A DNA stretch of 64,000 bases from Macrostomum lignano. Its lineage: Eukaryota. The stretch is taken from NCBI GenBank assembly GCA_002269645.1, contig NIVC01003110.1:1-64000 (forward strand), in the 5' to 3' direction. The notes beneath the pieces were generated by a model. That model was given only the letters and a program-made list of their open reading frames with translations, did no database searches and had not been told where the DNA came from. The position numbers were made by a program, and so were the translations under genes. Positions 48,744 to 62,924 of this stretch are shown piece by piece. How positions within the stretch are numbered: position 1 is the first letter of the stretch; every line of letters starts with the position of its first letter.

Positions 48744-49745
48744 GAATGACCCACATAAACTAAGTTAGCTGAAATATTCTACATACCTACATTCTACATA
48801 TTGACATACCTATTGACCAAAAATTATCTCTATATATACTTCTAAACAGTCAGAATCAACATTAGAAAATTGGCCTCCAAATCTTTTTTTTGCAAATCAC
48901 AAATGTAGCATCTTGATATATTGCAAATCATTATTTTCTAAAAGTTTTTATTAATTTATTCAAATTTTGAATGCAAAAAATAACTATTTTATTTAGTTTA
49001 ACAATAACCACATGTTTAACTCTAGACCAACACACGTTTATTAACAAAGAAATGTTTAAGCACTTTGTAATTGGTAGTTCTTTAAAATTAGAAAGGACCA
49101 GTGATGGAAGTACCAGAAGTTATTTTAAAAAAAAAGCACTGGTACTGGAACAAGTACTAGAAGTAACTTTCCTTGAAACCAAAAGGTACTTAACTGAAGG
49201 TTATTTTTTCATGGTAACTTGCCCAATACTTTCTATTATAAGAGGAAAGGGGAATTAAAAGAATCGGTTAAAATAGTAAAAATTACCAAAAAAAATCAAT
49301 AGATAAGAGAACTTGAAAAGCTAAATTCATTTATTTCTATGACAATTTTGATAATAATTATCAATGACTATAACTATTTAAAATGATCAATTTTCCTTAA
49401 TTAAGATAAAAAAAAGTTAACATTTTTTATTTATAGGGATTTTTAATTTTTTATTTACTTCATTAAAAATATAAAAATATTTACAAAATTAAAAAAAATA
49501 TTATAATAAATACAATAAATGTTAGGGCCTACACAGGCCAAATATAATATATTAATTAATAGCTCCTAATTGTTTTTGATATATAAGATTTATTTATAAG
49601 AAAATAAGCCAATTATTTATGATCTAATTGGCTTATTTTAGACATCTCATTTGGAATTGAAGCTCTTCTATATTATTTCTATATATTAGGCCCAATAGTA
49701 ATGATTGAATCTGTCATTATAGATTCCTAGACCCTTTGCCTACAA

Positions 49746-49915
49746 TCTCTACATATAAAAATCAAAACTCTGTGTGTCTGTGTGTGTGTCTGTGGACAAA
49801 TTACTTCGCTATAGACTCCCAAACCGCTCAACCAAATTACACCAAATTTTGCACCCACCCTAAATTCACTACGGAAAGTGTCATAGGCTACCTTAAAATT
49901 TCCTAAATTTGAGTC
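49746..49915 (+). mobile_element. 5' end of a non-autonomous Helitron-like element
   Basis: A|TCTCTACATATAAAA start, a short TG/TCTG tract and AAACCGCTCAACCAAATT...CCAAATTTTG, which resemble Helitron-derived repeats. No 3' CTRR or hairpin identified. Confidence 0.45.
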
Positions 49916-49924
49916 TTCCCACCT

Positions 49925-51295
<1,371 letters not shown>

Positions 51296-51633
51296 AAAGG
51301 ATCCAAGGGACGTAGGGAGAGTCAGGGAGAGACCAGAGTTTAACAATATATGTTTTAGAGTCAGACAGACATTGCCTGACATTCTGCGCAGTACCCCAGC
51401 CAACAATGTCTCAAACCCTAATTTTACACGAATGTGCTCCATTTTATGTCTACCTCTTCTATCCTACTAACTATTAACAAGTTTTTGTTTGTGTATGGCC
51501 TTAGATTTCAGAATACATGCAAAAGTAGTTCCGGGTATTGGAATTCCCCGGGTTCAAAATCCGCGGGTTTCAACAGCTTGTAGCTTATAAAGAAAATATT
51601 TAACTATAATATGTTGCAGATAAAGCTGACTCA

Positions 51634-52883
51634 ATGGCATCAGTTGTTCACTCTGATGAAGCAGTTTCTATTGAACAAAACACTTCTAATGTAAATTCTG
51701 GCAAACAATCCAAGCTGCCTAGTGACAGTCGCATTGAACTGGGTGACATCACTCAGCACAATATTAGGCAGTTGAGAATTATCAACCAGGTAGGTTAAAT
51801 GCTTTGAATGCTACCAAGTGCTTGGATAATCATTCAGATTGCAGAGCGCCTGAATAATCAGATTGTCAAGTGCTCGGATAAAATCATTAAAATTGCCAAG
51901 TGCCTGGATAATCATTAAGATTGCCGAGTGCCTAGATAATCATTAAGATTGCCGTGTGCCTGGATAATCATTAAAATTGCTGAGTGCCTAAATAATCATT
52001 AAGATTGCCGAGTGCCTAGATAATCATTAATATTGCCGAGTGCCTGGATAATCATTAATATTGCCGAGTGCCTAGATAATCATTAATATTGCTGAGTGCC
52101 TGGATAATCATTAATATTGCCGAGTGCCTGGATAATCATTAATATTGCCGAGTGCCTAGATAATCATTAAAATTGCTAAGTGCCTAGATAATCATTAATA
52201 TTGCCGTGTGCCTGGATAATCATTAAAATTGCCGAGTTCCTAAATAATCATTAAAATTGCTGTGTGCCTAGATAATCATTAAAATTGCTGAGTGCCTAGA
52301 TAATCATTAATATTGCCAAGTGCCTGGATAATCATTAAAATTGCCGTGTGCCTGGATAATCATTAAAATTGTCGAGTGCATGGATAATTATTAATATTTT
52401 CGAGTGCTTTAGCTAATTATCAGCAGAATCCTGTTACCATGGTAATGAGAAACTTGAGCAAATTCCAACACTCAAACCCAGGTTGTGTTCCCAGTTTCCT
52501 ACACCGACAAATTCTACGACGACATTTTGGAGAACGGCGAACTGGGCCGACTGGCCTACTTCAACGATATCGTTGTCGGCGCAGTCTGCTGCCGCATCCA
52601 ATCGGAGGCTGGGCAGCGCCGGCTGTACATCATGACGCTGGGCTGCCTGGCGCCCTACCGGGAGCTGGGCGTCGGCACTAAATTATTAGAATACGTGTTC
52701 GAAATCTGTTCGCGAGATAAAAATATTGACAATATATTTTTGCACGTGCAGACTAGCAACGAAGGCGCTCTGGCGTTCTATAAGAAATTCGGCTTTGAAA
52801 TTGTCGATACGGCGTATAACTATTATAAGCGAATTGTGCCACCGGACGCCTACGTGCTGCAGAAGAATCTAGTGCGCAGTTGA
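51634..52883 (+). CDS. NAA50: N-alpha-acetyltransferase 50 (NatE catalytic subunit). Exons: 51634-51789, 52482-52883 (185 aa)
   Basis: RIELGDITQHNIRQLRIINQ|VVFPVSYTDKFY, LAYFNDIVVGAVCCR, LYIMTLGCLAPYRELGVGT, LHVQTSNEGALAFYKKFGF and YYKRIVPPDAYVL. Confidence 0.97.
51830..52400. repeat. 28-bp minisatellite (GTGCCTGGATAATCATTAATATTGCCGA), NAA50 intron
   Basis: 28-nt period measured (52021 to 52049). Confidence 0.94.
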
Positions 52884-53154
52884 AGCCTTCGTTGATTTAC
52901 GTCTCTGTTAGTTAATTATATATGGACTACTATTAAATTAGACCATTTATATTGTAACTGCGCTTAATCTGCTTTTTATAAACCTTTGTCATCCAGTTAT
53001 TTTGAATGGTCCTTTTAAGTACAATATATTAACCTAATTAATAATACTTAAGCCTTTATAATACATCGGCTTTTATTATAGTACGAGTTTTGGTTACATT
53101 TTGACTTGAAATTTGCTTCCTTCTGGGGGTTTTCGATTCTTTAGAGGGTATTTA

Positions 53155-54965
53155 GGATGATAGGGGAATTCCCCATTTATCCGAATAGGTAGCTGTTATC
53201 TTTGATGATAGGGGGATTCCCCATTTATCCGAATAGGTAGCTGTTATCTTTGATGATAGGGGAATTCCCCATTTATCCGAATAGGTAGCTGTTATCTTTG
53301 ATGATAGGGGAATTCCCCATTTATCCGAATAGGTAGCTGTTATCTTTGATGATAGGGGAATTCCCCATTTATCCGAATAGGTAGCTGTTATCTTTGATGA
53401 TAGGAAAATTCCCCATTTATCCGAATAGGTAGCTGTTATCTTTGATGATAGGGGAATTCCCCATTTATCCGAATAGGTAGCTGTTATCTTTGATGATAGG
53501 GGAATTCCCCATTTATCCGAATAGGTAGCTGTTATCTTTGATGATAGGGGAATTCCCCATTTATCCGAATAGGTAGCTGTTATCTTTGATGATAGGAAAA
53601 TTCCCCATTTATCCGAATAGGTAGCTGTTATCTTTGATGATAGGAAAATTCCCCATTTATCCGAATAGGTAGCTGTTATCTTTGATGATAGGAAAATTCC
53701 CCATTTATCCGAATAGGTAGCTGTTATCTTTGATGATAGGAAAATTCCCCATTTATCCGAATAGGTAGCTGTTATCTTTGATGATAGGGGAATTCCCCAT
53801 TTATCCGAATAGGTAGCTGTTATCTTTGATGATAGGGGAATTCCCCATTTATCCGAATAGGTAGCTGTTATCTTTGATGATAGGGGAATTCCCCATTTAT
53901 CCGAATAGGTAGCTGTTATCTTTGATGATAGGAAAATTCCCCATTTATCCGAATAGGTAGCTGTTATCTTTGATGATAGGGGAATTCCCCATTTATCCGA
54001 ATAGGTAGCTGTTATCTTTGATGATAGGGGAATTCCCCATTTATCCGAATAGGTAGCTGTTATCTTTGATGATAGGAAAATTCCCCATTTATCCGAATAG
54101 GTAGCTGTTATCTTTGATGATAGGGGAATTCCCCATTTATCCGAATAGGTAGCTGTTATCTTTGATGATAGGGGAATTCCCCATTTATCCGAATAGGTAG
54201 CTGTTATCTTTGATGATAGGAAAATTCCCCATTTATCCGAATAGGTCGCTGTTATCTTTGATGATAGGAAAATTCCCCATTTATCCGAATAGGTAGCTGT
54301 TATCTTTGATGATAGGGGAATTCCCCATTTATCCGAATAGGTAGCTGTTATCTTTGATGATAGGGGAATTCCCCATTTATCCGAATAGGTAGCTGTTATC
54401 TTTGATGATAGGGGAATTCCCCATTTATCCGAATAGGTAGCTGTTATCTTTGATGATAGGAAAATTCCCCATTTATCCGAATAGGTAGCTGTTATCTTTG
54501 ATGATAGGGGAATTCCCCATTTATCCGAATAGGTAGCTGTTATCTTTGATGATAGGGGAATTCCCCATTTATCCGAATAGGTAGCTGTTATCTTTGATGA
54601 TAGGAAAATTCCCCATTTATCCGAATAGGTAGCTGTTATCTTTGATGATAGGGGAATTCCCCATTTGTCCGAATAGGTAGCTGTTATCTTTGATGATAGG
54701 AAAATTCCCCATTTATCCGAATAGGTAGCTGTTATCTTTGATGATAGGGGAATTCCCCATTTGTCCGAATAGGTAGCTGTTATCTTTGATGATAGGAAAA
54801 TTCCCCATTTATCCGAATAGGTAGCTGTTATCTTTGATGATAGGAAAATTCCCCATTTATCCGAATAGGTAGCTGTTATCTTTGATGATAGGGGAATTCC
54901 CCATTTGTCCGAATAGGTAGCTGTTATCTTTGATGATAGGGGAATTCCCCATTTGTCCGAATAGG
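53155..54965. repeat. 48-bp minisatellite (GATGATAGGGGAATTCCCCATTTATCCGAATAGGTAGCTGTTATCTTT), about 38 units, between NAA50 and INTS2
   Basis: Near-perfect units, with two variants: GGGGAATTCCCC and GGAAAATTCCCC. Confidence 0.97.
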
Positions 54966-55069
54966 TATTTCCAACTGTTTGATAAGGGAAGTGCACTCTG
55001 ATGTAAAACCATCTACAGAATGTAAAAAAGGCATTCGGCTCTTTTCTTTTGTTACAGCGGGCAATTATT

Positions 55070-58000
55070 ATGCAGCCATCTTTGAATGGTTGCGAAGCGA
55101 ACCGGCAACCGCACAGTGCTGGCAGTTATTACAATAGCAATTTCAACTCGGCTAGCGGCGGCGACGAAGACTGCAACTTTGCCAAACTCTATCGAGCTGT
55201 TCGGTGCGGCCGTCTAGTTGCCAGTTGGTCCGAATCTGAGCTGCTGGCCTTGGCGCCGCTGCTATCCTGGCATCGGGACCGGCTAAATCTGGCCGAACTA
55301 TTGGCAGCCTGCCAACCGGAAGCGAATAGCTTACATTTCGGTCACGTGCTTGACTATGCCAATTCCTTGCATTATAGCGTAGAATTTGATGCCATCGGGC
55401 ACGACGCTAAGGTGGACCTGGAGCGGCGGGTTGTCGATAAGTGCGGCCTGATTGGCGATTTCGTCTCCGTGGTCTGGCCGTCAGCCGCGTCCAGTGGCGA
55501 GTTCGAATCCTGCGACCGGCCGGACCAGCAGGCCAGGATGTTGCTTCGGTGAGGCGATTCGCGTTGTTATTTTACATGCTCATTGATTTTTTGACAATTT
55601 TTGTTAGTGTTTTATCCTTCAAAACTATAAAATATTCTTTTTCGAAGTTGTCTTGATTATATTTGAATAATGAACCCTTGCTATCCTTGCCATTGATTAT
55701 CCTTGCCAATCATCATTGATTATCCTTGCCAATCTCCTTTGATTATCCTTGCCAATCTCCTTTGATTATCCTTGCCAATCATCATTGATTATCCTTGCCA
55801 TTGATTATCCTTGCCAATCTCCTTTGATTATCCTTACCAATCATCATTGATTATCCTTACCAATCATCATTGATTATCCTTGCCAATCTCCTTTGATTAT
55901 CCTTGCCAATCTCCATTGATTATCCTTACCAATCATCATTGATTATCCTTGCCAATCTCCTTTGATTATCCTTGCCAATCTCCATTGATTATCCTTGCCA
56001 ATCATCATTGATTATCCTTGCCAATCTCCTTTGATTATCCTTGCCAATCTCCTTTGATTATCCTTGTCAATCTCCATTGATTATCCTTGCCAATCATTGA
56101 TTATCCTTACCAATCATCATTGATTATCCTTGCCAATCTCCTTTGATTATCCTTGCCAATCTCCATTGATTATCCTTGCCAATCATCATTGATTATCCTT
56201 GCCAATCTCCTTTGATTATCCTTGCCAATCTCCTTTGATTATCCTTGTCAATCTCCATTGATTATCCTTGCCAATCATTGATTATCCTTACCAATCATCA
56301 TTGATTATCCTTACCAATCATCATTGATTATCCTTTCCAATCTCCATTGATTATCCTTGCCAATCTCCTTTGATTATCCTTGCCAATCATCATTGATTAT
56401 CCTTGCCAATCTCCTTTGATTATCCTTGCCAATCTCCTTTGATTATCCTTGTCAATCTCCATTGATTATCCTTGCCAATCATTGATTATCCTTACCAATC
56501 ATCATTGATTATCCTTGCCAATCTCCTTTGATTATCCTTGCCAATCTCCTTTGATTATCCTTGCCAATCTCCTTTGATTATCCTTGCCAATCTCCATTGA
56601 TTATCCTTGCCAATCATTGATTATCCTTGCCAATCTCCTTTGATTATCCTTGCCAATCTCCTTTGATTATCCTTGCCAATCTCCATTGATTATCCTTGCC
56701 AATCATTGATTATCCTTACCAATCATCATTGATTATCCTTGCCAATCATTGATTATCCTTACCAATCATCATTGATTATCCTTGCCAATCATCATTGATT
56801 ATCCTTGCCAATCTCCTTTGATTATCCTTGCCAATCTCCATTGATTATCCTTGCCAATCATCATTGATTATCCTTGCCAATCTCCTTTGATTATCCTTGC
56901 CAATCTCCATTGATTATCCTGACTAATCATGCCTAAATCGGCCCTAATTTTATAATTTTCTTAGGAGAATGGGCATACACTAAATGTACTCAGTTTTTCA
57001 GTTCAGCTTCCAAATTCAATTCCTTCAAAAACACTACAGAGACATCCTAGTGGCCGTTCGCACCACGGAAGCTCGCGGCTTCGACGCCTTCAACTCTGCC
57101 GTCGCCGTTGCTACGTCGCCAGCCGACGACAACAGCTCAGACAGCAATGACAGCCCGGCGGCCACCGAGCTGGCCGACTCCGAGCTGCTGTTCCACCACT
57201 GCCTGGCCACCCTAGTCGCTGTCAATCATCGCCTGCCGGACCTCCTGCCGCCCCGCCGCCTTCTGCCCGGCCTTCTACGCTTGCGCCGAGGCCGTCGCCT
57301 ACTTCAACACTTGGCTGCTCTGCAGCCGGCCGCCTGGCGCAGCCTCGTCCGTCAGCTGCTGGCCTGCGGTCCCGGCCGGCCAATCCGTTGGGCCCTCAGC
57401 CTGGCCGAGTTGGATCCCGGCCAGTCCGCTTGGCTAGCCGAGATGTGCGCCTCAGAGCGGCGCTATCCGGACCTGCTGGCCGGCCTGCTGACCCAGGCTA
57501 CTCCGCCAGCCGCTAGGCCAGCCGCTCTGCGTCGCTTATTGATGCACGAGTCACCAGACACGCGGGCCTGGTTTCTAGCGGCCGTCACAGCCGCCGCGTC
57601 TGGCGGACGGCAGCAGCAGCAGCAGCAGCAGCAACAGTCTCCAACATCGCCTGGTCCGGCATTCCTAGCCGCTTGTCGACCAGATCTACTGGCCGAGTTG
57701 CGCTCGGTTGCATCGGCTAGTGCTATCGCCTCCTCGCCTGCGGCTGTCATCCTAGCCAGTCAGCTAGTGAAGCTTTACGCTGTACTGCACTGCCACGCGC
57801 CAACTCAACCGGCTTTGACCGAATCGGAGCTGGCCGCCCTCGCCGAACTGTTGACATCGGCTGGGCCGGATGCAACTGGCGGATTAACGGCTGTGTGCGT
57901 AGCCTTTGCTCTGATAGCTTATACAGCGTTTAACGATACCCAACAGGCCAGACTGTTGGCCTGGCTACGCCGGCTGGTTCGGGAGCCCGGCCGGCCCGAC

Positions 58001-61000
58001 TGTCGGTACAAGGTCTGTTGTAGCTTATTGGCTTAAATAATCGAACTGTGCCATTCATTCTTGTTAGTCACGTGACTGCATGAAGTGCATGAAGTTTTCT
58101 TACAGAACTATAGGACCATTCAAACAGTAGGAAGAAAATCAAGCATTTTTCGGCCCGTCGAACTGCCTGAAGAGAAAAGAGGCGATAGAGGAGATTTAAG
58201 GAGGGATGAGATGAGAGATGGGATGTGAGAAGATGGGGGGGAGAGGATAGAGCAGAAATAACAGAGACGAGAGGAGATAAAAGAGGAAGAGGGAAGAAAA
58301 AGGAGGAGAGGAAAGAGTGCTCAAAGTAACGCAGATGAGGAGGGAAGAAGTGAAAGAGGAAATAATAGGGGGGAGAGAAGAGAAGAGGAGAGAAAAAGGA
58401 CAGGGAAGAGAGGAAAGAATAGAGATAAGACCTGAGATAAGACACAAACCTTGAGCGGGCCCGATTGCTATTGAGATTTTCAAAAGACAAAAAAGCGATT
58501 GTTTTTTTTTCTAATTGTTATGTTTAGTAAAGAAATGCTCCATTGATTTTTTTATTTGTAAAAAAGACAAGAAATAGGATATTGATATACTTTTATAATG
58601 CATATTAGCTCAAGCCCAACCCCCCCCCAAAATGTTTTACTAAGAAACGAGGGGCCAAGAGCCCCAGATGAATGTGTCATTGAAGTTAATCGGCTACCTA
58701 TTTGTTATAAACCAAACATTTTATCCTTATAAACCAAACAGGAGGTGCTGCTCCTCTGCGCCAGCCATCTGCACTCCAGACAGCAGGGCCAGGCCTGCGA
58801 ATTTCTAGACGGCCTACTGGGCCTTCGTCAGGCTGCCAAACGAGCCGCACAGCAGCAGCAGCCGCATCTGCCCTCTACTCATCAACAGCTTCAACAGCAG
58901 CAGCAGCATCATCTTGTACAGCTGGCGCCGTCTCTCGTGAAAGTGTTCCTTACTGACCTGCTGCCCGAGCCGGCCGCCGCAGCGCACGCTGTTCGAGTTG
59001 AAGTGACGCCCGGCCTGACGTCAACAACTGAAGGTCATCTGCCTGCGCATTGCGTGCTACAGCTGCTGCAGATGCGTTCGTTTGCTAAGTATAAGGTAAA
59101 TTTTTGCTCTGTGTTCATGGTATTAAACTTATAGGCCTTTTAAACTAGGGAATAAAATCTGATGTGTGAGATTTTTAATGGCGACCTTAGTTTGGTGAGA
59201 TTTCGATTGAGAGTGCTTAGTTTGTTGAGATTTCGATTGAGAGTGCTTAGTTTGGTGGGATCTGTATTGAGAGTGCTTATTTTGGTGAGATATCGATTGA
59301 GAGCTTAGTTTGGTGAGATATCGATTGAGTGCTTAGTTTGGTGAGATATCGATTGAGTGCTTAGTTTGGTGAGATATCGATTGAGTGCTTAGTTTGGTGA
59401 GATTTTGGAGTGCTTATTTATCGACTTCAAAGACTTCGCTTCGTTGCATTCCTAGGCTGACGTCACTGGCTGGGTGCTGCGCCAGATCAAAGAGTGCCGC
59501 GCTCCGCTCAACACGGTCATGCCAACCCTAATCGAGGCGTTCGCCAAATCTCTCGTACAACCGCACGACAAATGGAGCGCCCCAGCCTACGAGGTCATCA
59601 GGCAGACCGATATTCTAGCATTCTACACGCCCTCCGCCTGCGGTCCGGCAGCCGCCTGCGCGCCCCTTCGTTGCTTTGATAACGAAGGCGAGAACGAGCT
59701 CGAAATGTCTACTATTGAACGAGATTTAACCCCGCAACTATTGATGCTGTACTATGTACTGTGCTACGTTGATTGCCTGTTCGATTCTAGGCTAGAAATC
59801 TCTCGGTCAGGCCGATCTGTGCATCGCTACGATAGCAATCTGCTGTCGCGAATTCCTGTCGGTTATCTGGTCAGGCATTGCCAGCGAAGGCCCGAACACT
59901 ATAGGGTGCTCTATCCGCTGCTGGTGCGGCTGCTTGTTCTGCGTATGCCGCATCTGCTGCTAACTGAACTGCCTATTCAGGTAATGCGCTGAGTAATACT
60001 GAATATACCCCTAGTCCTTTGGTAGCACCGTTACCCCTTCCCGTCATTCGGTGACTGCCCCCATCCGGTCATTCGGTGACTGCCCCCATCCGGTCATTCG
60101 GTGACTGCCCCCATCCGGTCATTCGGTGACTGCCCCCATCCGGTCATTCGGTGACTGCCCCCATCCGGTCATTCGGTGACTGCCCCCATCCGGTCATTCG
60201 GTGACTGCCCCCATCCGGTCATTCGGTGACTGCCCCCATCCGGTCATTCGGTGACTGCCCCCATCCGGTCATTCGGTGACTGCCCCCATCCGGTCATTCG
60301 GTGACTGCCCCCATCCGGTCATTCGGTGACTGCCCCCATCCGGTCATTCGGTGACTGCCCCCATCCGGTCATTCGGTGACTGCCCCCATCTTGTCATTCG
60401 GTGACTGCCCCCATCTTGTCATTCGGTGACTGCCCCCATCCGGTCATTCGGTGACTGCCCCCATCCGGTCATTCGGTGACTGCCCCCATCCGGTCATTCG
60501 GTGACTGCCCCCATCCGGTCATTCGGTGACTGCCCCCTTTCAGTCATTCGGTGACTGCCCCCTTCCGGTCATTCGGTGACTGACCCCTTTCAGTCATACG
60601 GTGACTGCCCCCATCCGGTCATTCGGTGACTGCCCCCATCCGGTCATTCGGTGACTGCCCCCATCTTGTCATTCGGTGACTGCCCCCATCCGGTCATTCG
60701 GTGACTGCCCCTTCCGGTCATTCGGTACTATACTGATATTGGTATTGCAGTCTAAGCACAATATATTGATATAGAATATCTATTCACTGCCCGCAGGACG
60801 AGCTGGCCCTGTCTCAGGACAGCTGCCCGGACGACCTTCGCCCAGTCCAGCTGCTGCCGCCGCCTGGCTCGCCGCCGCCTCGTCCAACAGATTTTGTCGG
60901 CTGCAGCGCCGCCGAGCTGGCCTCCGGTGGACACGCCCTGGCCGGGATTATGACCCGGCTAAACTGGCTAGCCAATCGCAAGGCCGACTGTCTGATACCC

Positions 61001-61201
61001 TACGCTGATTGGCTGGTCCGGCTGCTTAAGGCTTCAACCGGATTGGACGGGCCGGCTAGTCAGCTGGTGCAGGAGCGGCTAAAACCGCTGTGGCTGCGGC
61101 TCTACCAGCTGATGCCGCGTCGGCTGGCTTTGGCTACGCTGTCAGCCCTGCGTGGCGTGTCCCTCAGCGAGGAGACCATCGAGAAAGATCCTGTTGAACA
61201 G
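55070..61201 (+). CDS. INTS2: Integrator complex subunit 2. Exons: 55070-55548, 57007-58012, 58742-59095, 59456-59980, 60797-61201; 3' end unresolved
   Basis: Motifs recalled from INTS2: SESELLALAPLL, SVEFDAIGHDA..E, EFE.....RMLL, LPDLLP, EVLLLCASHLHS...LLGL, HLPAHCVLQLL..RSFAKYK, WVLRQI, TPQLLMLYYVL, YDSNLLSRIP, W..LYQLMPRRL and DP. Splice phases are consistent. Confidence 0.88.
55680..56925. repeat. 23-bp minisatellite (TTGATTATCCTTGCCAATCTCCT and variants), INTS2 intron 1
   Basis: Visible directly; 20-nt and 23-nt variants recur in blocks. Confidence 0.96.
58150..58430. repeat. Polypurine low-complexity tract, INTS2 intron 2
   Basis: Strong GA skew. Confidence 0.75.
59180..59415. repeat. 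About 28-31-bp minisatellite (AGTTTGGTGAGATATCGATTGAGTGCTT), INTS2 intron 3
   Basis: About 8 variable units. Confidence 0.85.
60045..60725. repeat. 25-bp minisatellite (GTCATTCGGTGACTGCCCCCATCCG), INTS2 intron 4
   Basis: 25-nt period measured (60068 to 60093). Confidence 0.96.
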
Positions 61202-61732
61202 GTAGGACTGAAAGGTTGCTGAGTCAGTCACATGTGTATAAAAATGAATAAATATTCTCAGGTGGATTAGATGAATCCTGGCGCAACCATTTCGGCGACA
61301 TCGTCATACAACCAGCGCTGAGGCAATTCTGCCCATTCCGCTGACTCCTGAGCACATGCAAGCGCGCCAATGCTGTACGCAGGCACGCACTCATGACTTT
61401 CTAATCGCAAGGCATGTACACTCTCTGTGCCTTGGGGGTTGGCCATCATGGCTGTGAATCGCACGAACAACCCCAGGCTAATTTTCGTGCACACAGGCCC
61501 CAAATGAATGTGGCCGCGCACGGAATCGAACCAATGATCAAACGTGTTTACGGCTGAGGTCTCAGCCCCCGATGCGTCATCAGTCATCTAAGGCTTACAG
61601 AACGTCAGCTTGATTGGCTTTATTGTCGTCTATCCCGTTGAAAACTTTAACGTGACCAAAATCGCTAGAGTCATTGCAAATACCTCACTAGTGACTCTTG
61701 GGGCAACTCTGCGAATTTTTACGACTCAAACA

Positions 61733-62040
61733 CCCGCCTGGCTGTCGTAATCCGGTTTTCATCCGGAGCGACGTCCGGAATTTCATCCGGTACGTAATAC
61801 AAATGTCCTATTTAAAAACCGGATGAGAGCCGGATGAAAAGTTTACAAACCGGATGAAAACGTGCATATTTGACCTTTCATCCGGGTGTTCAACCAACAT
61901 TAGTCCGGAAATTCATCCGGGAAGCTATCCGGAAAGCCGCGGAGAACAGACATGTATGCACGCCTCCACCAGATGAGAAACCGGACGAAGTTCCGGATGA
62001 ATGCCGGATCAAATGTATGCACATGTCTACCGGATGGTAA
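61733..62040. mobile_element. Putative DNA-transposon terminus with subterminal CCGGATGA repeats in both orientations
   Basis: About a dozen CCGGATGA(A)/TTCATCCGG motifs follow a CCCGCCTGGC start. The partner terminus is not in the window. Confidence 0.5.
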
Positions 62041-62924
62041 AGCAGATGACATGTTAAATAACTAAGTAAGGTTGACAACAAGACGAAATCTTTTGAAAAC
62101 GTAAGAAAACAAATTGCTGGAAACACCTCAAAGAAAGCAAGGTATATTGCACTTGCACAGAGGGTGGCCAACCTCTAATTCACTGTGCTGGATAGAGTAG
62201 TGGAAGCTGAATATATTGAAACCGAAGATAATTGTTAAAGTTGCGTGTCGCTAAAAATGCAAATACACAAGACATGCTTGAGTCAAAAATAGAATGGCAA
62301 AACCTCACATTGGGTGGACAAATCAGGAGAAATGGAGAATCAGACGACACACTGTCTTTTGGGCGGCTACAAATTAGTACCAGGCAGAAAAACTAGAAAT
62401 TTCACAGAAGAAAAACTTCCAGCTACACGAAGAAACAGGCGCAGACAAAAACTCACTTATAAAATTGGGGACAACAGAAAAAATAGCGACATATACATTT
62501 TTCCATACTGGGAGTGAAACAGAAAGTGTCAACAGAAAACCAGAAACGCAGACCCGAGGGCGATATTACCTATCTGCAGAACAGTGATTACTGTACACGT
62601 TAGTAACGTTAAGTAACGTTACTGTTCTAAAACACCCACCATGATGTACAGATTGCAGGCGATGGGTACATCGTGCACTTTACATACTGCAGAATTTTTG
62701 AGGAATTTTTGTCCTCATGATATGCTACTGTCTAATCGAGCACATGCTCTTAAGACCCCTAGGCGCTACATATTTGATTCGTGACCAATAGTAAGTTGCA
62801 GTCGCAGAAGCAGTAGTGTCATGAGCATATTGGCGCCACGCCGCGGCCACTGGCAATGGCACACGGCTCCCTCTTACATCCTATAGTCTGCGACAAAACG
62901 ACTGGCCCACGACTATATAGCCTA

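Noticed and set aside
53152-54996. 614-aa ORF with YSDKWGIPLSSKITAT repeats
   Set aside because: A stop-free frame of a 48-bp satellite, antisense to the flanking genes, with no unique domain.
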